Assembly (NCBI GenBank): GCA_020845935.1
Contig: JADLEV010000039.1
Coordinates: 32,078 to 96,077 of the forward strand
Direction of reading: 5' to 3'
DNA: 64,000 bases
From: Gammaproteobacteria bacterium
Lineage (GTDB): Bacteria; Pseudomonadota; Gammaproteobacteria; Ga0077536
Part shown: in pieces, positions 28,273-38,815 of the stretch
Layout: every line of letters begins with the position of its first letter
Numbering within the stretch: the first letter of the stretch is position 1
Made by a program: the position numbers and the translations under genes
Notes under the pieces: model-generated
What the model saw: the letters and a program-made list of their open reading frames with translations, nothing else
Database searches by the model: none
What the model was told of the DNA's origin: nothing

Positions 28273-29388
28273 GTGAATCTGGGGGACACCTTGCGCAATA
28301 TCCTGATTACAGTGGTTCTCGTCGCCGCGGTTGTGGCGGGTTTCTGGTTTTGGCGGGACGATGGAGTGCCTGCGTCGGGTACCGGCTTGCCGGCGACGGG
28401 CGCGGGGTTTGGCGGCAGCCAAGCTCCGGTCGTGGTCGGGACCGCGGCGGTTGTGCCGGCGACCTTCGTCGATGCCATCGAGGCGATCGGCACGACCTAT
28501 GCGAACGAGTCGGTGCAACTGACTGCCAAGGCCGCCGATACCGTCAGTCGGGTCGACTTCGAGGACGGCGACTTGATTGAAGCCGGTGCGGTGCTGGTGC
28601 AGCAGACCAATCAGGAACAGACCGCGCTGCTCGCCGAGGCACAGGCCAACCTGCGCGATGCACGGACGCAGTTGCAGCGGCTGGAGGACCTCGACCAGCG
28701 CGGGCTGGCGACCAAGTCGGACCTCGATAGTGCCCGCAACCGGTTCGATGCCGCCAAGGCGCGGCTCGATGCGATCGTCGCGCGGCTTGATGACCGGCTG
28801 ATTCGCGCCCCATTCGGTGGCCTGCTCGGTTTTCGTCAGGTCAGTCCCGGCAGCTTCGTTGCGCCAGGGACCGTGATCGCGACGCTGGATGACATCGCGA
28901 CCATCAAGCTCGACTTCACCGTGCCGGAGACCTACCTCGGCCGCATCGTGCCTGGCGAAAAGGTGCTCGCTCAATCGGCAGCCTGGCCCCAGCGCGAATT
29001 CGAGGGCACGGTGCGGACGCTCGATTCGCGCGTCGATCCGGTGACCCGATCGGTCGTGGTGCGTGCGACCTTCGATAACGCCGATCGCGCGCTGCGGCCC
29101 GGCATGCTGCTGACCGTGAAGCTGGTCACCGCCGAGATCCAGGCGCTTGCCGTGCCGGAGATTGCCGTGCAGCAGAATCGCAATGAGTACTTCGTGTTCG
29201 TGGCCGCGGATGGTCGTGCGCAGCAACGGCGGATCCTGGTGGGCCGCCGGCGGGCACGAGTCGCCGAAGTCACCGAAGGCCTGGCTGCCGGCGAGCAGGT
29301 CATCACCGAGGGGCTGGTGAAGGTGCGCGACGGCATGGCCATCGAGGCGCACCCCGAAGGCAATTCAAACCCGGCGATCGGTAGCTGA
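28273..29388 (+). CDS. RND efflux periplasmic adaptor (membrane fusion protein)
   Basis: TM anchor ILITVVLVAAVVAGFWFW, coiled-coil LLAEAQANLRDARTQLQRLEDL, lipoyl and beta-barrel regions. The stop is 2 nt before the RND pump start. The GTG start at 28273 is tentative. Confidence 0.85.
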   Translation: MNLGDTLRNILITVVLVAAVVAGFWFWRDDGVPASGTGLPATGAGFGGSQAPVVVGTAAVVPATFVDAIEAIGTTYANESVQLTAKAADTVSRVDFEDGDLIEAGAVLVQQTNQEQTALLAEAQANLRDARTQLQRLEDLDQRGLATKSDLDSARNRFDAAKARLDAIVARLDDRLIRAPFGGLLGFRQVSPGSFVAPGTVIATLDDIATIKLDFTVPETYLGRIVPGEKVLAQSAAWPQREFEGTVRTLDSRVDPVTRSVVVRATFDNADRALRPGMLLTVKLVTAEIQALAVPEIAVQQNRNEYFVFVAADGRAQQRRILVGRRRARVAEVTEGLAAGEQVITEGLVKVRDGMAIEAHPEGNSNPAIGS

Positions 29389-29390
29389 TC

Positions 29391-32300
29391 ATGTGGTTGT
29401 CAGACATTTCGGTACGAAGGCCGGTCTTCGCGACCGTCATCAGTCTGCTGCTGGCAGCGATAGGACTGCTGTCGTTCATGGAACTGCAACTCCGGGAGTA
29501 TCCGGATGTTGCCGAGCCGGTGGTGTCGATCAATACGTCCTATGCTGGCGCCTCGGCCGATGTCATCGAAAGTCAGGTGACCCAGGTTCTGGAGAGCCAG
29601 ATCGCCGGCATCGAGGGCATCCGCAGCATCAACTCGTCGAGCCGCGACGGTCAGTCGCAGATCAGCATCGAATTCAACCTCGATCGCGATATCGATACCG
29701 CCGCCAATGACGTGCGCGATCGGGTTTCCCGCTCGCTCGGCCGGTTGCCGGAAGATGTCGATCTGCCGCGCGTGCAGAAATCGGATTCCGACACGCAACC
29801 GATCATGTGGATGAATCTGTCGGCCGAAGGCATGAACGAAATGGAGCTGACGGATTATGCCTCGCGCTATGTCGTCGATCGGCTCGAGATCATCCCCGGC
29901 ATTTCCGGCATCAACTTGAGCGGTGGCGGACAGCCGTCGATGCGGATCTGGCTGGATCGCATCGCGCTGGCGGCGCGCGGTCTCACCGTCAGCGACATCG
30001 AAGCGGCATTGCGCCGCGAGAACGTCGAATTGCCGGGTGGCCGGGTCGATGCCCCGGTCAAGGAATTCACCGTGCGCATCGCGCGCAATTATCAGACGGC
30101 CGAAGATTTCCGCCGGCTGGTGCTCACCCAGGGTGCCGATGGCCATCTGGTGCGCCTAGGTGAGGTCGCCACGGTCGAGGTCGCGCCGAGCGAATTGCGC
30201 CAGGTCTTTCGCACCAACGGTGAAACGACCGTCGGCATGGGCATCATCAAGCAGTCGACCGCCAACACCATCACCGTGCTCGAGGAGGTGAAACGGGTCG
30301 TCGCCGAGATTAATCGTGGACTGCCCGAAGGCATGGTGCTGGAGACAAGCACCGACGACTCGCAGTTCATCCTCGCGGCCATCGCCGCGGTGTACGAAAC
30401 GATCCTCGTCACCGTGACGTTGGTGGGTCTCGTCACGCTGCTGTTCCTCGGCAGCCTCAGGACAATGATCATTCCACTGCTGACCATCCCGGTGTGTCTG
30501 CTGGCCGCGTTCATTGTCATCGCGGCATTCGGTTACACGGTGAATCTGATTACGCTGCTGGCGCTGGTGCTGTCGATCGGCTTGGTGGTCGATGACTCGA
30601 TTGTCGTGCTGGAAAACGTGCACCGGCGCATCGAGGGAGGTGAGCCGCCGCTGCTGGCGGCGTTCCAGGGCACGCGGCAGGTGGCGTTCGCGGTGATCGC
30701 GACGACGGCGGTGCTGGTGGCCGTGTTCGCGCCGATCGTCTTTCTCAAGGACGACCTCGGCCGCATCTTCTCGGAACTTGCGGTGACCATGAGCGCCGCG
30801 CTGATTTTTTCCGCCCTCCTGGCGCTGTCACTGACGCCGATGCTCTGCTCGAAGGTTTTGCGCGCCAAGAGCCGCGATGGGGGGTTGACCCATTGGCTGG
30901 ATATCCAGTTCGGGCGCGTGGCGGAAGCCTACGCCCGGCTGTTGACCCGGGTCATTCGCTGGCCGTGGGCAGCGGTCGCGGTGACGCTCGGTATCGGCGT
31001 AGCGGTATTTCTCGAATTCGAACGACTGCCGCGGGAATATGCGCCACGGGAGGATCAGGGCCTGGTCATCGGCATGTTCGAAGCGCCGGAAGGCACCGGC
31101 TTCGAATACATGCGCCAGTTCGCCCCGGCCATCGAGGCACCGATGCGGCCCTACATCGAGTCCGGCGACATCCAGCGCGGACTGCTGCGGATCCCGGGCT
31201 GGAACAGCAATCAGACCAATTCGGCCATTGCCTTCATCAATCTTGCGCCATGGGGCGTGCGCGAGGCATCGACCCAGGAGGTGCAGCAAAACCTGTTGGC
31301 GGAGTGGAACAAGATTTCGAGCCTGCGCGTCAACACCCAGACCCCGTCCGGCCTGTCGGGCGGTGGTGGCATGCCGGTCGAATTCGTCCTGGGAGGACCG
31401 GATTACGACACGCTCGCGAGCTGGCGCGACATCGTCGTCGCCCGAGCGGAGGCACATCCGGGTTTCCAGCGCGTCGATTCGGATCTTCGGGAAACGCAAC
31501 CGCAACTGATCATTCAGATTGATCGCGACCGTGCCGCGGCACTCGGCGTATCGGTGCAGAGCATCGGCCGCACGCTGGCGACGATGATGAGCGAGCGCCG
31601 CGTGACTACTTATGTCGTTGACGGCGAGGAGTACGACGTCATCATGCAGGCCAAGGACGACCAGCGGGCCTCGGCCGACGATCTGCTGAACATCTATGTC
31701 CGTGCCGACCGTGGCGGTGACCTCGTGCCGCTGGCCAATCTGGTCAAGGTTGTCGATCGCGCCGGACCGGCTCGTTACAACCGCTACAACCGGATGCGGG
31801 CGGTCACCATCAGCGCGAGTCTGGAGCCGGGCTTCGCTCTGGGCGATGCGCTCGAATTTCTTGAACAGACCTCGCGCGCCGAGTTGCCGGACAGCCTGCG
31901 GATCGACTGGAAGGGGGAGTCGCTCGAATATCGGGAAGCGACCAGCCAGCTCGCGTTCACGATGGGTATCGCCTTGCTGATCGTGTTCCTGGTGATGGCG
32001 GCGCAGTTCGAGAGCTTCATCCATCCGCTGGTCATCATGATGACGGTGCCGCTGGCGGTCGCCGGCGGCCTGTTCGGTCTGCTGGTGACCGGTTCGACGC
32101 TCAACATCTACAGCCAGATTGGCCTGTTGATGTTGGTTGGCATCGCCACCAAGAACGGCATTCTGATCGTCGAATTCGCGAACCAGTTGCGGGACGAGGG
32201 CATGGCGTTCGACGAGGCCATCATTGCCGCGGCGCGGATCCGGTTCCGGCCGATCCTGATGACGACCATGGCGACGGTGATCGGCTCGGTGCCGCTCATG

Positions 32301-32489
32301 CTGGCGACGGGCCCCGCATCCGAGAGTAGAATCGTGCTGGGCACGGTGGTCTTCTTCGGCGTGTCCATAGCGGCGCTGCTGACGCTGTTCGTGGTTCCGG
32401 CGTTCTACCGTTTGTTCGCGCAGAATACCGGCTCCCCGAACCTGATCACGCGGCGCCTCGAAGCGATGATCAGGGTCGAAAACAACTAA
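29391..32489 (+). CDS. RND efflux permease (AcrB/HAE1-type)
   Basis: 1032 aa; MWLSDISVRRPVFATVISLLL, 12-TM / two-large-loop architecture, VVDDSIVVLENV motif. Confidence 0.92.
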   Translation: MWLSDISVRRPVFATVISLLLAAIGLLSFMELQLREYPDVAEPVVSINTSYAGASADVIESQVTQVLESQIAGIEGIRSINSSSRDGQSQISIEFNLDRDIDTAANDVRDRVSRSLGRLPEDVDLPRVQKSDSDTQPIMWMNLSAEGMNEMELTDYASRYVVDRLEIIPGISGINLSGGGQPSMRIWLDRIALAARGLTVSDIEAALRRENVELPGGRVDAPVKEFTVRIARNYQTAEDFRRLVLTQGADGHLVRLGEVATVEVAPSELRQVFRTNGETTVGMGIIKQSTANTITVLEEVKRVVAEINRGLPEGMVLETSTDDSQFILAAIAAVYETILVTVTLVGLVTLLFLGSLRTMIIPLLTIPVCLLAAFIVIAAFGYTVNLITLLALVLSIGLVVDDSIVVLENVHRRIEGGEPPLLAAFQGTRQVAFAVIATTAVLVAVFAPIVFLKDDLGRIFSELAVTMSAALIFSALLALSLTPMLCSKVLRAKSRDGGLTHWLDIQFGRVAEAYARLLTRVIRWPWAAVAVTLGIGVAVFLEFERLPREYAPREDQGLVIGMFEAPEGTGFEYMRQFAPAIEAPMRPYIESGDIQRGLLRIPGWNSNQTNSAIAFINLAPWGVREASTQEVQQNLLAEWNKISSLRVNTQTPSGLSGGGGMPVEFVLGGPDYDTLASWRDIVVARAEAHPGFQRVDSDLRETQPQLIIQIDRDRAAALGVSVQSIGRTLATMMSERRVTTYVVDGEEYDVIMQAKDDQRASADDLLNIYVRADRGGDLVPLANLVKVVDRAGPARYNRYNRMRAVTISASLEPGFALGDALEFLEQTSRAELPDSLRIDWKGESLEYREATSQLAFTMGIALLIVFLVMAAQFESFIHPLVIMMTVPLAVAGGLFGLLVTGSTLNIYSQIGLLMLVGIATKNGILIVEFANQLRDEGMAFDEAIIAAARIRFRPILMTTMATVIGSVPLMLATGPASESRIVLGTVVFFGVSIAALLTLFVVPAFYRLFAQNTGSPNLITRRLEAMIRVENN

Positions 32490-32561
32490 CCATTGGGTGG
32501 CGGCCATTCCCGGTCGGGCCCCTGGTGTGACGGCAGTCGACAGACAATGAGGAGAAAATAC

Positions 32562-33146
32562 ATGCGAGCATTTCACACGATGAAGTCCGGCCTGATTGCA
32601 GGCCTGCTGCTGGGCGGCGCGGTTGCCGCCACCAGCGCGACGGCGGCGGAATATGCCATCGACGTGCCTGGCATGCATGCATCAATCATGTTCAAGGCGT
32701 CGCACATCGGTGTCAGTTTCGTTACCGGGCGGTTCAATCGTTTCGATGGCACGTTCACCTGGGATGAGGCGCAGCCGGGGGCGTCATCGGTTGATGTGAC
32801 CATCCAGGTGGACAGCCTGGACAGCAATCATGCCGAACGCGACAAGCATCTGCGGAGCAAGGATTACCTCAATGTCGAGGCCAATCCGACTGCGCGGTTC
32901 AAGAGCACGAAATACGAAGGTAACGCCAGCGGCGGCAAGCTGAAAGGCAATCTGACGCTGAACGGCGTCACCAAGGAAATCACGATCGACGTGACGCGGA
33001 TCGGCGAAGCCAAGGATCCCTGGGGTGGTTATCGCGCCGGCTTCCAGGGCAAGACCGTGCTGACCTCGTCCGAGTTCGGCTGGACCGCACCATCCTTCCC
33101 GAAGACCGTCGAGATGGAGTTCATTCTGGAAGGCAAACGTAAGTGA
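32562..33146 (+). CDS. YceI family periplasmic protein
   Basis: GGAGA SD then ATG at 32562; signal peptide. HASIMFKASHIGVSFVTGRFNRFDGTF...DSNHAERDKHLRSKDYL...LTLNGVTKEI. Confidence 0.88.
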   Translation: MRAFHTMKSGLIAGLLLGGAVAATSATAAEYAIDVPGMHASIMFKASHIGVSFVTGRFNRFDGTFTWDEAQPGASSVDVTIQVDSLDSNHAERDKHLRSKDYLNVEANPTARFKSTKYEGNASGGKLKGNLTLNGVTKEITIDVTRIGEAKDPWGGYRAGFQGKTVLTSSEFGWTAPSFPKTVEMEFILEGKRK

Positions 33147-33730
33147 GTCGAGACACCGCGCAGCAGCTGGCGGATCGGGGGCTCGCCGAATTCGGCGAGC
33201 GCCTGAAACGCCGCCGCACCATCAGCGATTTCAAGGCGTTGCCGGTGCCGGGAGAGTTGCTGCTGCAAGCGATCGAGGTCGCGCGCTGGGCGCCGAATCA
33301 CCGCCTCACCGAGCCCTGGCATTTCTATCTGCTCGGAGCGGATACGGTCGATCGGCTGCTGGATCTGATCGTCGCAATCAAGGTGGCGGACAAGGGTGAG
33401 CCAGCGCGCGCGGCATTGCTCCGGCGGCTTGACCGGGTGCCGGGCTGGTTCGCCGTGACCTGCAAGCGCAATGCCGATGCCTGGAAGGAGCGCGAGGATT
33501 ATGCGGCCTGCTGCTGCGCGGTGCAGAACATGGTCAGTTATTTGTGGCAGGGTGGCGTCGGCGTCAAATGGACCACTGGCGCCGTGACCCGGGACGAACG
33601 TTGTGCCGCATTGTTCGGTATCGACCCGGCCACCGAATTCATCGTTGGTCTGTTTCAGTACGGCTATCCCGAGCGGGTGCCGGAGCAGCAACGTCGCGAG
33701 GTACGAGCGATTTGCACTCAGTTGGATTGA
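33143..33730 (+). CDS. Nitroreductase family protein
   Basis: RRTISDFKALPVPGELLLQAIEVARWAPNHRLTEPWHFYLL. GTGA overlap with the yceI-like stop. Confidence 0.8.
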   Translation: MSRDTAQQLADRGLAEFGERLKRRRTISDFKALPVPGELLLQAIEVARWAPNHRLTEPWHFYLLGADTVDRLLDLIVAIKVADKGEPARAALLRRLDRVPGWFAVTCKRNADAWKEREDYAACCCAVQNMVSYLWQGGVGVKWTTGAVTRDERCAALFGIDPATEFIVGLFQYGYPERVPEQQRREVRAICTQLD

Positions 33731-33827
33731 CACTCGCCGCAAGCGCGGTCTCGCACCGCACCCTTCCATCCGATACCGCCCTGGTGCTCGGGGTTCTTCA
33801 GCTCTGTTGCCGGCACGGGCACTGACC

Positions 33828-34457
33828 ATGGACCTCTATACTTCGGCACACTCGATCGCGTCGCATCGGGTCCGAATTGCGTTGTTGCTTAAGGGCCTCA
33901 CGTACCACTCCATCGTGATCGTGCCGGAGTCCGATGGTGACGGCGGCCAGGATGGCCCGGAGTACCGGATGCTCAACCCGCAGGGACTGCTGCCGACGCT
34001 GACCGACCGAGAGTTCAGCCTCAGCCAGTCGCTCGCGATCATCGATTATCTCGATGAACTGCAGCCGGAGCCGCCGCTGTTGCCACGCGATCGACGGCGG
34101 CGCGCGCGGGCGCGCCAGTATGCGCAAATCCTGGGTTGCGATGTGCAGCCGCTGCTGGCACCCCGGGTCCTGCGTTATCTGCGAACGGTACTGGCGGTGG
34201 ATGCGCCGGCGCTGGCGGCCTGGCAACAGCATTGGCTGGTCGAAGGTTTTGATGCGCTGGAACTCTGGCTCACGGCGGATCTCGCGGTGGGGCCGTATTG
34301 TCTTGGCGACGAACTCAGCCTCGCCGATGTCTGCCTGGTGCCGCAGTTCCTGGCGGCGCGCCGGCTGGGCCTGCCACTGGATGATTTTCCGACGCTGGCC
34401 GAGGTCGTCGAGAACTGCGAACGTCTGCCCGCGTTTCAGCGCGCGGCGGTTACTTAA
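33828..34457 (+). CDS. maiA: Glutathione S-transferase zeta / maleylacetoacetate isomerase-like
   Basis: From the ATG at 33828: MDLYTSAHSIASHRVRIALLLKGL...NPQGLLPTL...LSQSLAIIDYLDE... Confidence 0.75.
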   Translation: MDLYTSAHSIASHRVRIALLLKGLTYHSIVIVPESDGDGGQDGPEYRMLNPQGLLPTLTDREFSLSQSLAIIDYLDELQPEPPLLPRDRRRRARARQYAQILGCDVQPLLAPRVLRYLRTVLAVDAPALAAWQQHWLVEGFDALELWLTADLAVGPYCLGDELSLADVCLVPQFLAARRLGLPLDDFPTLAEVVENCERLPAFQRAAVT

Positions 34458-34475
34458 CTCAAACGAGCCTATCTC

Positions 34476-35993
34476 ATGCCAACCATTCGCTCCGAAGACT
34501 TCGTCCGCAGCATCGCGGACGCACTGCAATACATTTCCTATTACCACCCGGCGGATTTCATTCGCGAACTGGCACGTGCCCACGAACTGGAACAATCCGA
34601 GCCGGCGAAGGATGCGATGGCGCAAATCCTGATCAACTCGCGGCTGTGCGCCGAGGGGCATCGGCCGATTTGCCAGGACACCGGCATCGTCAACGTGTTT
34701 CTCAAGGTCGGCATGAACGTGCGCTGGGAAACCAGCGGACCCATCGACGCACTGGTCAATGAGGGCGTGCGCCGTGCCTATCTGTATCCGGACAACAAGT
34801 TGCGCTCCTCGATCCTGAGCGACCCGGCGGGCAAGCGGCTCAATACCGGCGACAACACGCCGGCCGTGGTGCACTACGAACTCGTGCCTGGCGATCACGT
34901 CGAGGTCATTGTCGCCGCGAAGGGTGGCGGTTCGGAGAACAAGGCGAAGCTCGCGATGCTCAATCCGACCGACAGCGTCGTCGATTGGGTCCTGCGCACC
35001 GTGCCGACGATGGGGGCCGGCTGGTGTCCTCCCGGCATTCTCGGCGTCGGCATCGGCGGTACCGCAGAAAAGGCGATGCTGCTGGCGAAGGAGGCATTGA
35101 TGGATCCGATCGACATCGGCGAACTGCGCCGGCGCGGCCCGGCCAATGCCATCGAGGAACTGCGGCTGGAACTGTACGACAAGGTCAACGCACTCGGTAT
35201 CGGTGCGCAGGGCCTGGGCGGATTGACGACAGTGCTGGACGTCAAGATCCGGGATTTCCCGACGCATGCGGCATCCTTGCCGGTCGCGCTGGTGCCGAAC
35301 TGCGCGGCGACGCGGCATCTGCATTTCACGCTCGATGGCAGCGGCCCGGCCGACTTGGCACCGCCGGATCTGGCGAATTGGCCGGAGATTGCCTGGTCCG
35401 CCGGCGCCACGGCGCGGCGCGTCAATCTCGACACGCTGACCCGTGATGACATCAAGCAATGGCAGCCGGGCGAAACACTGCTCCTGTCCGGCACGATGCT
35501 GACCGGCCGCGATGCGGCCCACAAGCGGATTCAGCAGATGCTGGCGCGCGGCGAACCGTTGCCGGTCGATTTTCGCGGGCGCTTCATCTACTACGTCGGT
35601 CCGGTGGATCCGGTCCGTGATGAAGTGGTCGGGCCAGCCGGACCGACCACCGCGACGCGGATGGACAAGTTCACCGAGCTGATGCTGGCGCAGACGGGTC
35701 TGCTCGGAATGATAGGCAAGGCCGAACGCGGACCGGCCGCAATCGAGGCGATCCGCAAGCATGAATCCGTCTATCTGATGGCGGTCGGTGGGGCTGCGTA
35801 TCTTGTGTCGAAGGCCATCCGCCAGGCTCGCGTGGTCGGCTTCGCCGACCTCGGCATGGAGGCGATCCACGAATTCGTCGTCAAGGACATGCCGGTGTCG
35901 GTCGCGGTCGATGCCCGCGGGGTTTCGGTCCACGAGACCGGGCCACGGTTGTGGCAGGGGCGGATCGGCAAGATCCCGGTGCTGGTGCGCTGA
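34476..35993 (+). CDS. fumA: Class I (Fe-S) fumarate hydratase
   Basis: 505 aa; PICQDTGIVNVFLKVG, AAKGGGSENK, CPPGILGVGIGGTAEKA, and the C-terminal beta-type domain GRDAAHKRI...GPAGPTTATRMD. Confidence 0.88.
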   Translation: MPTIRSEDFVRSIADALQYISYYHPADFIRELARAHELEQSEPAKDAMAQILINSRLCAEGHRPICQDTGIVNVFLKVGMNVRWETSGPIDALVNEGVRRAYLYPDNKLRSSILSDPAGKRLNTGDNTPAVVHYELVPGDHVEVIVAAKGGGSENKAKLAMLNPTDSVVDWVLRTVPTMGAGWCPPGILGVGIGGTAEKAMLLAKEALMDPIDIGELRRRGPANAIEELRLELYDKVNALGIGAQGLGGLTTVLDVKIRDFPTHAASLPVALVPNCAATRHLHFTLDGSGPADLAPPDLANWPEIAWSAGATARRVNLDTLTRDDIKQWQPGETLLLSGTMLTGRDAAHKRIQQMLARGEPLPVDFRGRFIYYVGPVDPVRDEVVGPAGPTTATRMDKFTELMLAQTGLLGMIGKAERGPAAIEAIRKHESVYLMAVGGAAYLVSKAIRQARVVGFADLGMEAIHEFVVKDMPVSVAVDARGVSVHETGPRLWQGRIGKIPVLVR

Positions 35994-36027
35994 AGCTCGC
36001 CCGCCGCGGCAGCCAGGGAGCCGCGAA

Positions 36028-36720
36028 TTACTCGGCGGGCTCGTACTTATAGCCGACACCGTACACCGAACGAATGATGTCGGTGTCGGGCATCAGTTCA
36101 TCGAGTTTCTTGCGCAGTTTCTTGATGTGGCTGTCGACTGTGCGATCACTGACGATGCGGTGATCGGAGTAAATGTTGTCCATCAGTTGATCGCGGGTGA
36201 AGATGCGGCCCGGCTTGTTGACCAGGGTCGCGAGAAGCTTGAATTCCACCGTCGTCAGGTCCAGCCGCCGGCCGTTGCAGGAGACGCTGTAGCTGGCCTC
36301 ATCGAGCGTCATGCGCGGGTCACTGGCACCGTCTTCGCTGATGCGTGGATGGTAACGGCGCAGCACGGCCTTGACCCGGGCCACGACTTCACGCGGGCTG
36401 AACGGCTTGCAGATGTAGTCGTCGCAGCCGAGTTCGAGGCCCAGCAGACGATCGATTTCCTCGACCCGCGCCGTGACCATGATGATCGGCACGTCCGAGA
36501 AGCTCCGCGTTTCGCGGCAAATCTCCATGCCGTTCTTGCCCGGCAACATCAGATCGAGCAGCACCAGATCGGGTTGTTCCGCCCGAATCGCCGCGATCGC
36601 TTCGTCGCCGCGCCGAATGTGAGTGGTCCGGTAACCGGAGTGCTGGAGATAATCGGCGAGCAGTGACGCCAGTTGCTCCTCGTCCTCGACGATCAGCACC
36701 TTGTTATGGTCATCGCTCAT
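36028..36720 (-). CDS. OmpR-family response regulator (BaeR/CpxR-like)
   Basis: REC domain (KVLIVEDEEQL...DLVLLDLMLPG...) plus winged-helix (LTTVEFKLL...VDSHIKKLRKKL...IRSVYGVGYK). ATGA overlap with the kinase stop. Confidence 0.88.
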   Translation of the reverse strand: MSDDHNKVLIVEDEEQLASLLADYLQHSGYRTTHIRRGDEAIAAIRAEQPDLVLLDLMLPGKNGMEICRETRSFSDVPIIMVTARVEEIDRLLGLELGCDDYICKPFSPREVVARVKAVLRRYHPRISEDGASDPRMTLDEASYSVSCNGRRLDLTTVEFKLLATLVNKPGRIFTRDQLMDNIYSDHRIVSDRTVDSHIKKLRKKLDELMPDTDIIRSVYGVGYKYEPAE

Positions 36721-38138
36721 GTTGGCAGCAATGGTAGCGCAACCTGAATCTGCAATCCCCCCAGTGGCGAGTGCGAGGCGGAGATTTCGCCGCCGTGAGC
36801 CTCGACGATGCTCTTGCAGATGGCGAGGCCGAGACCGGTGCCACCGGTACGCCGGTTGCGTGAGGAATCGACGCGATACAGGCGGTCGAACAACCGCGGC
36901 AGTGCCTCGCCCGGTACGCCCGGTTCCGAATCGGCAAAGGCAAGCACGACGCGGCCATCGTCGTAGCGGACCGAGATCGCGAGTTTGCCGCCGGCGTTGG
37001 TGTAGGTGGCCGAGTTCGCGATCAGGTTGCCGAACAGCTGGCGCAGCCGCGCCGCGTCGGCATACACCAGATCAGGGCCGGCCGGCAGTGACAGGTCAAG
37101 CGTCAACCCGGCGGAATCGAAGGCGGCGCGGTGGCCATCGACCGCGCTGCGCAGGCAGGCGAACAAGTGCATGTTCTCCTTGCGGTAGTTGAGGGCGCCG
37201 ATGTCGGCCATCGCCAATTCCCGCAAATCATCGACCAGATGGGTCAGGTGCAGCACCTGGCCGTGCAATTGGGCGAGATGCGCTTCGTCGGGTTTCCGGA
37301 TGCCGTCCTGGAACGCTTCGATTTGCGCTCGAGCGACCGACAGCGGCGTGCGCAATTCATGGGCGATGTCGGCCATCCATTGCTGGCGAGCGTGTTCGTT
37401 CTTTTCCAGCGCCTGCGCCAGGTGATTGAAGTCGCGTGACAACTGGCCGAGTTCATCGGAAGAGGTGACGTCTATACGGTTCGCATAGTTGCCGGCGGCC
37501 AGCTCCCGCGTACCCTGTGACAGGCGTTGCAGCGGCCGCACTAACTGGCGCGAGAACGGAAATGCCAACAGTGCGCAAACGAGCAGGATCGTGCCGGCGA
37601 TGACCAGCAGGGTGCGGGTCTGTTGCTGGACGAAGCGCAAGTCCCGGCTTTCGGACAACCGGCTCGGCGGGAAGCCGACCTGGCCGACGGTACGGCCATC
37701 GATGCGGATCGGCCGGAACTGGTAGCCTTCGAGCATGTCCTGCGGCAATCCTGGCGGGACCAGGACGTGGTTCGCGGAATCGACGATGACCAGGCTGGGG
37801 CGGCCACGGTGTTGCGTGCGCGACGGCCCGAGCGGTGGCGGGCCGGATTGTGGACCGGGCGGCGGGGCGAACTCCGACTGTGCTTCATAGAATGCCCGGA
37901 AGCGCGTTTCTCGCCAGAGATTCTCGACATTCAGCGCGGCAAACCAGCCGCCGTATTGCCGATAGGCTTCTTCAAGCTTGGCGACGGTGCGATCCTGGGC
38001 TTGCAGTTCCACATGCGTGATGTAACGCAGGAAGCCACGATCGAAACTCCATTGCATCATCGCGACCATGCTGCCGATGACGCACAGCGCCGACAGCAGC
38101 AGGATGACGAACAGCTTGATCGCGATACCGTAACGCAT
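36717..38138 (-). CDS. Sensor histidine kinase (BaeS-like)
   Basis: From the ATG at 38138: two TM segments, a HAMP domain, H-box IAHELRTPL, and N/G boxes (LIANSATYTNAGG, DSEPGVP, GGTGLGLAICK). Confidence 0.85.
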   Translation of the reverse strand: MRYGIAIKLFVILLLSALCVIGSMVAMMQWSFDRGFLRYITHVELQAQDRTVAKLEEAYRQYGGWFAALNVENLWRETRFRAFYEAQSEFAPPPGPQSGPPPLGPSRTQHRGRPSLVIVDSANHVLVPPGLPQDMLEGYQFRPIRIDGRTVGQVGFPPSRLSESRDLRFVQQQTRTLLVIAGTILLVCALLAFPFSRQLVRPLQRLSQGTRELAAGNYANRIDVTSSDELGQLSRDFNHLAQALEKNEHARQQWMADIAHELRTPLSVARAQIEAFQDGIRKPDEAHLAQLHGQVLHLTHLVDDLRELAMADIGALNYRKENMHLFACLRSAVDGHRAAFDSAGLTLDLSLPAGPDLVYADAARLRQLFGNLIANSATYTNAGGKLAISVRYDDGRVVLAFADSEPGVPGEALPRLFDRLYRVDSSRNRRTGGTGLGLAICKSIVEAHGGEISASHSPLGGLQIQVALPLLPT

Positions 38139-38311
38139 GGAAACCACCGGTCGGGCAGATTGGTCGGCAAGGATGAACGCTTCGCATCCATATATAGAAG
38201 CGGCCATCCGCGAACACAATAGCGCCGCCGACGATGCACAATCTTTCCTCAATTCCGCGCGCGATCGCCCGTCGGGCAACTGCGACCGCGTTGGCAGGGG
38301 CTGAATAAGGA

Positions 38312-38815
38312 TTACGACGAGCTGGGTTGGGACTCGAACGATGTGCTGACCGGGGCGATCCGCGTCTCGGTATCCTGTCCCAGTTTGCAGACATCAGTGT
38401 CCAATGGGTTGGCGATTACGATACCCTCGCGGGCAGTGCTGGAGCAATTCGGACACGTCGTTCTGCAACTACCCGGGTGGCGCGGGCGACATCTTCCGCA
38501 ATACAACATATCTGTCGTGCACCGATACCTTTGGCCTTGGCACGGAAGCCCGACACGATCACCGTCACGCACCGTAATTTCCGTGATGATGCCGCCTTCG
38601 AGGTGCTGTACCGTCTTGCGCTTGGTGTCGATCGTGATGAAGCCAGACGCAATTTCCGCTTCCATCAACGGAGCAAATGCCGCCCAAGAGCCGAAACCAC
38701 CGAACCCGACCGCCAATAGCATGACGCCGGGTCGCGCATGGCGCCGTATGTCGGCGACCGGATGAAGGCCCAACCACGGTTGCTCGATAGCCATTGCCAC
38801 GCGACTCCTATCCAA
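38312..38815 (-). pseudogene. Remnant of a HlyD-family type I secretion adaptor (internal deletion/frameshift)
   Basis: The N-terminal 80 aa read GFGGFGSWAAFAPLMEAEIASGFITIDTKRKTVQHLEGGIITEITVRDGDRV, matching the AprE/PrtE/HlyD N-terminus. The sequence then degenerates (Cys/Arg-rich) and resumes with a C-terminal-like IANPLDTDVCKLGQDTETRIAPV. About 165 codons remain, against about 440 for an intact adaptor. Confidence 0.7.

Noticed and set aside
30828-32678. A 616-aa minus-strand ORF opposite the RND pump
   Set aside because: It is antisense to a 1032-aa AcrB-type gene, has a low-complexity Arg/His/Gln-rich translation and no motifs.
33798-36059. A 753-aa ORF on the minus strand spanning the maiA-like and fumarase genes
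   Set aside because: It is antisense to two genes with unmistakable motifs. The translation is Arg/Ala/Gly/Pro-rich with no recognisable domain. This is a classic high-GC shadow ORF.
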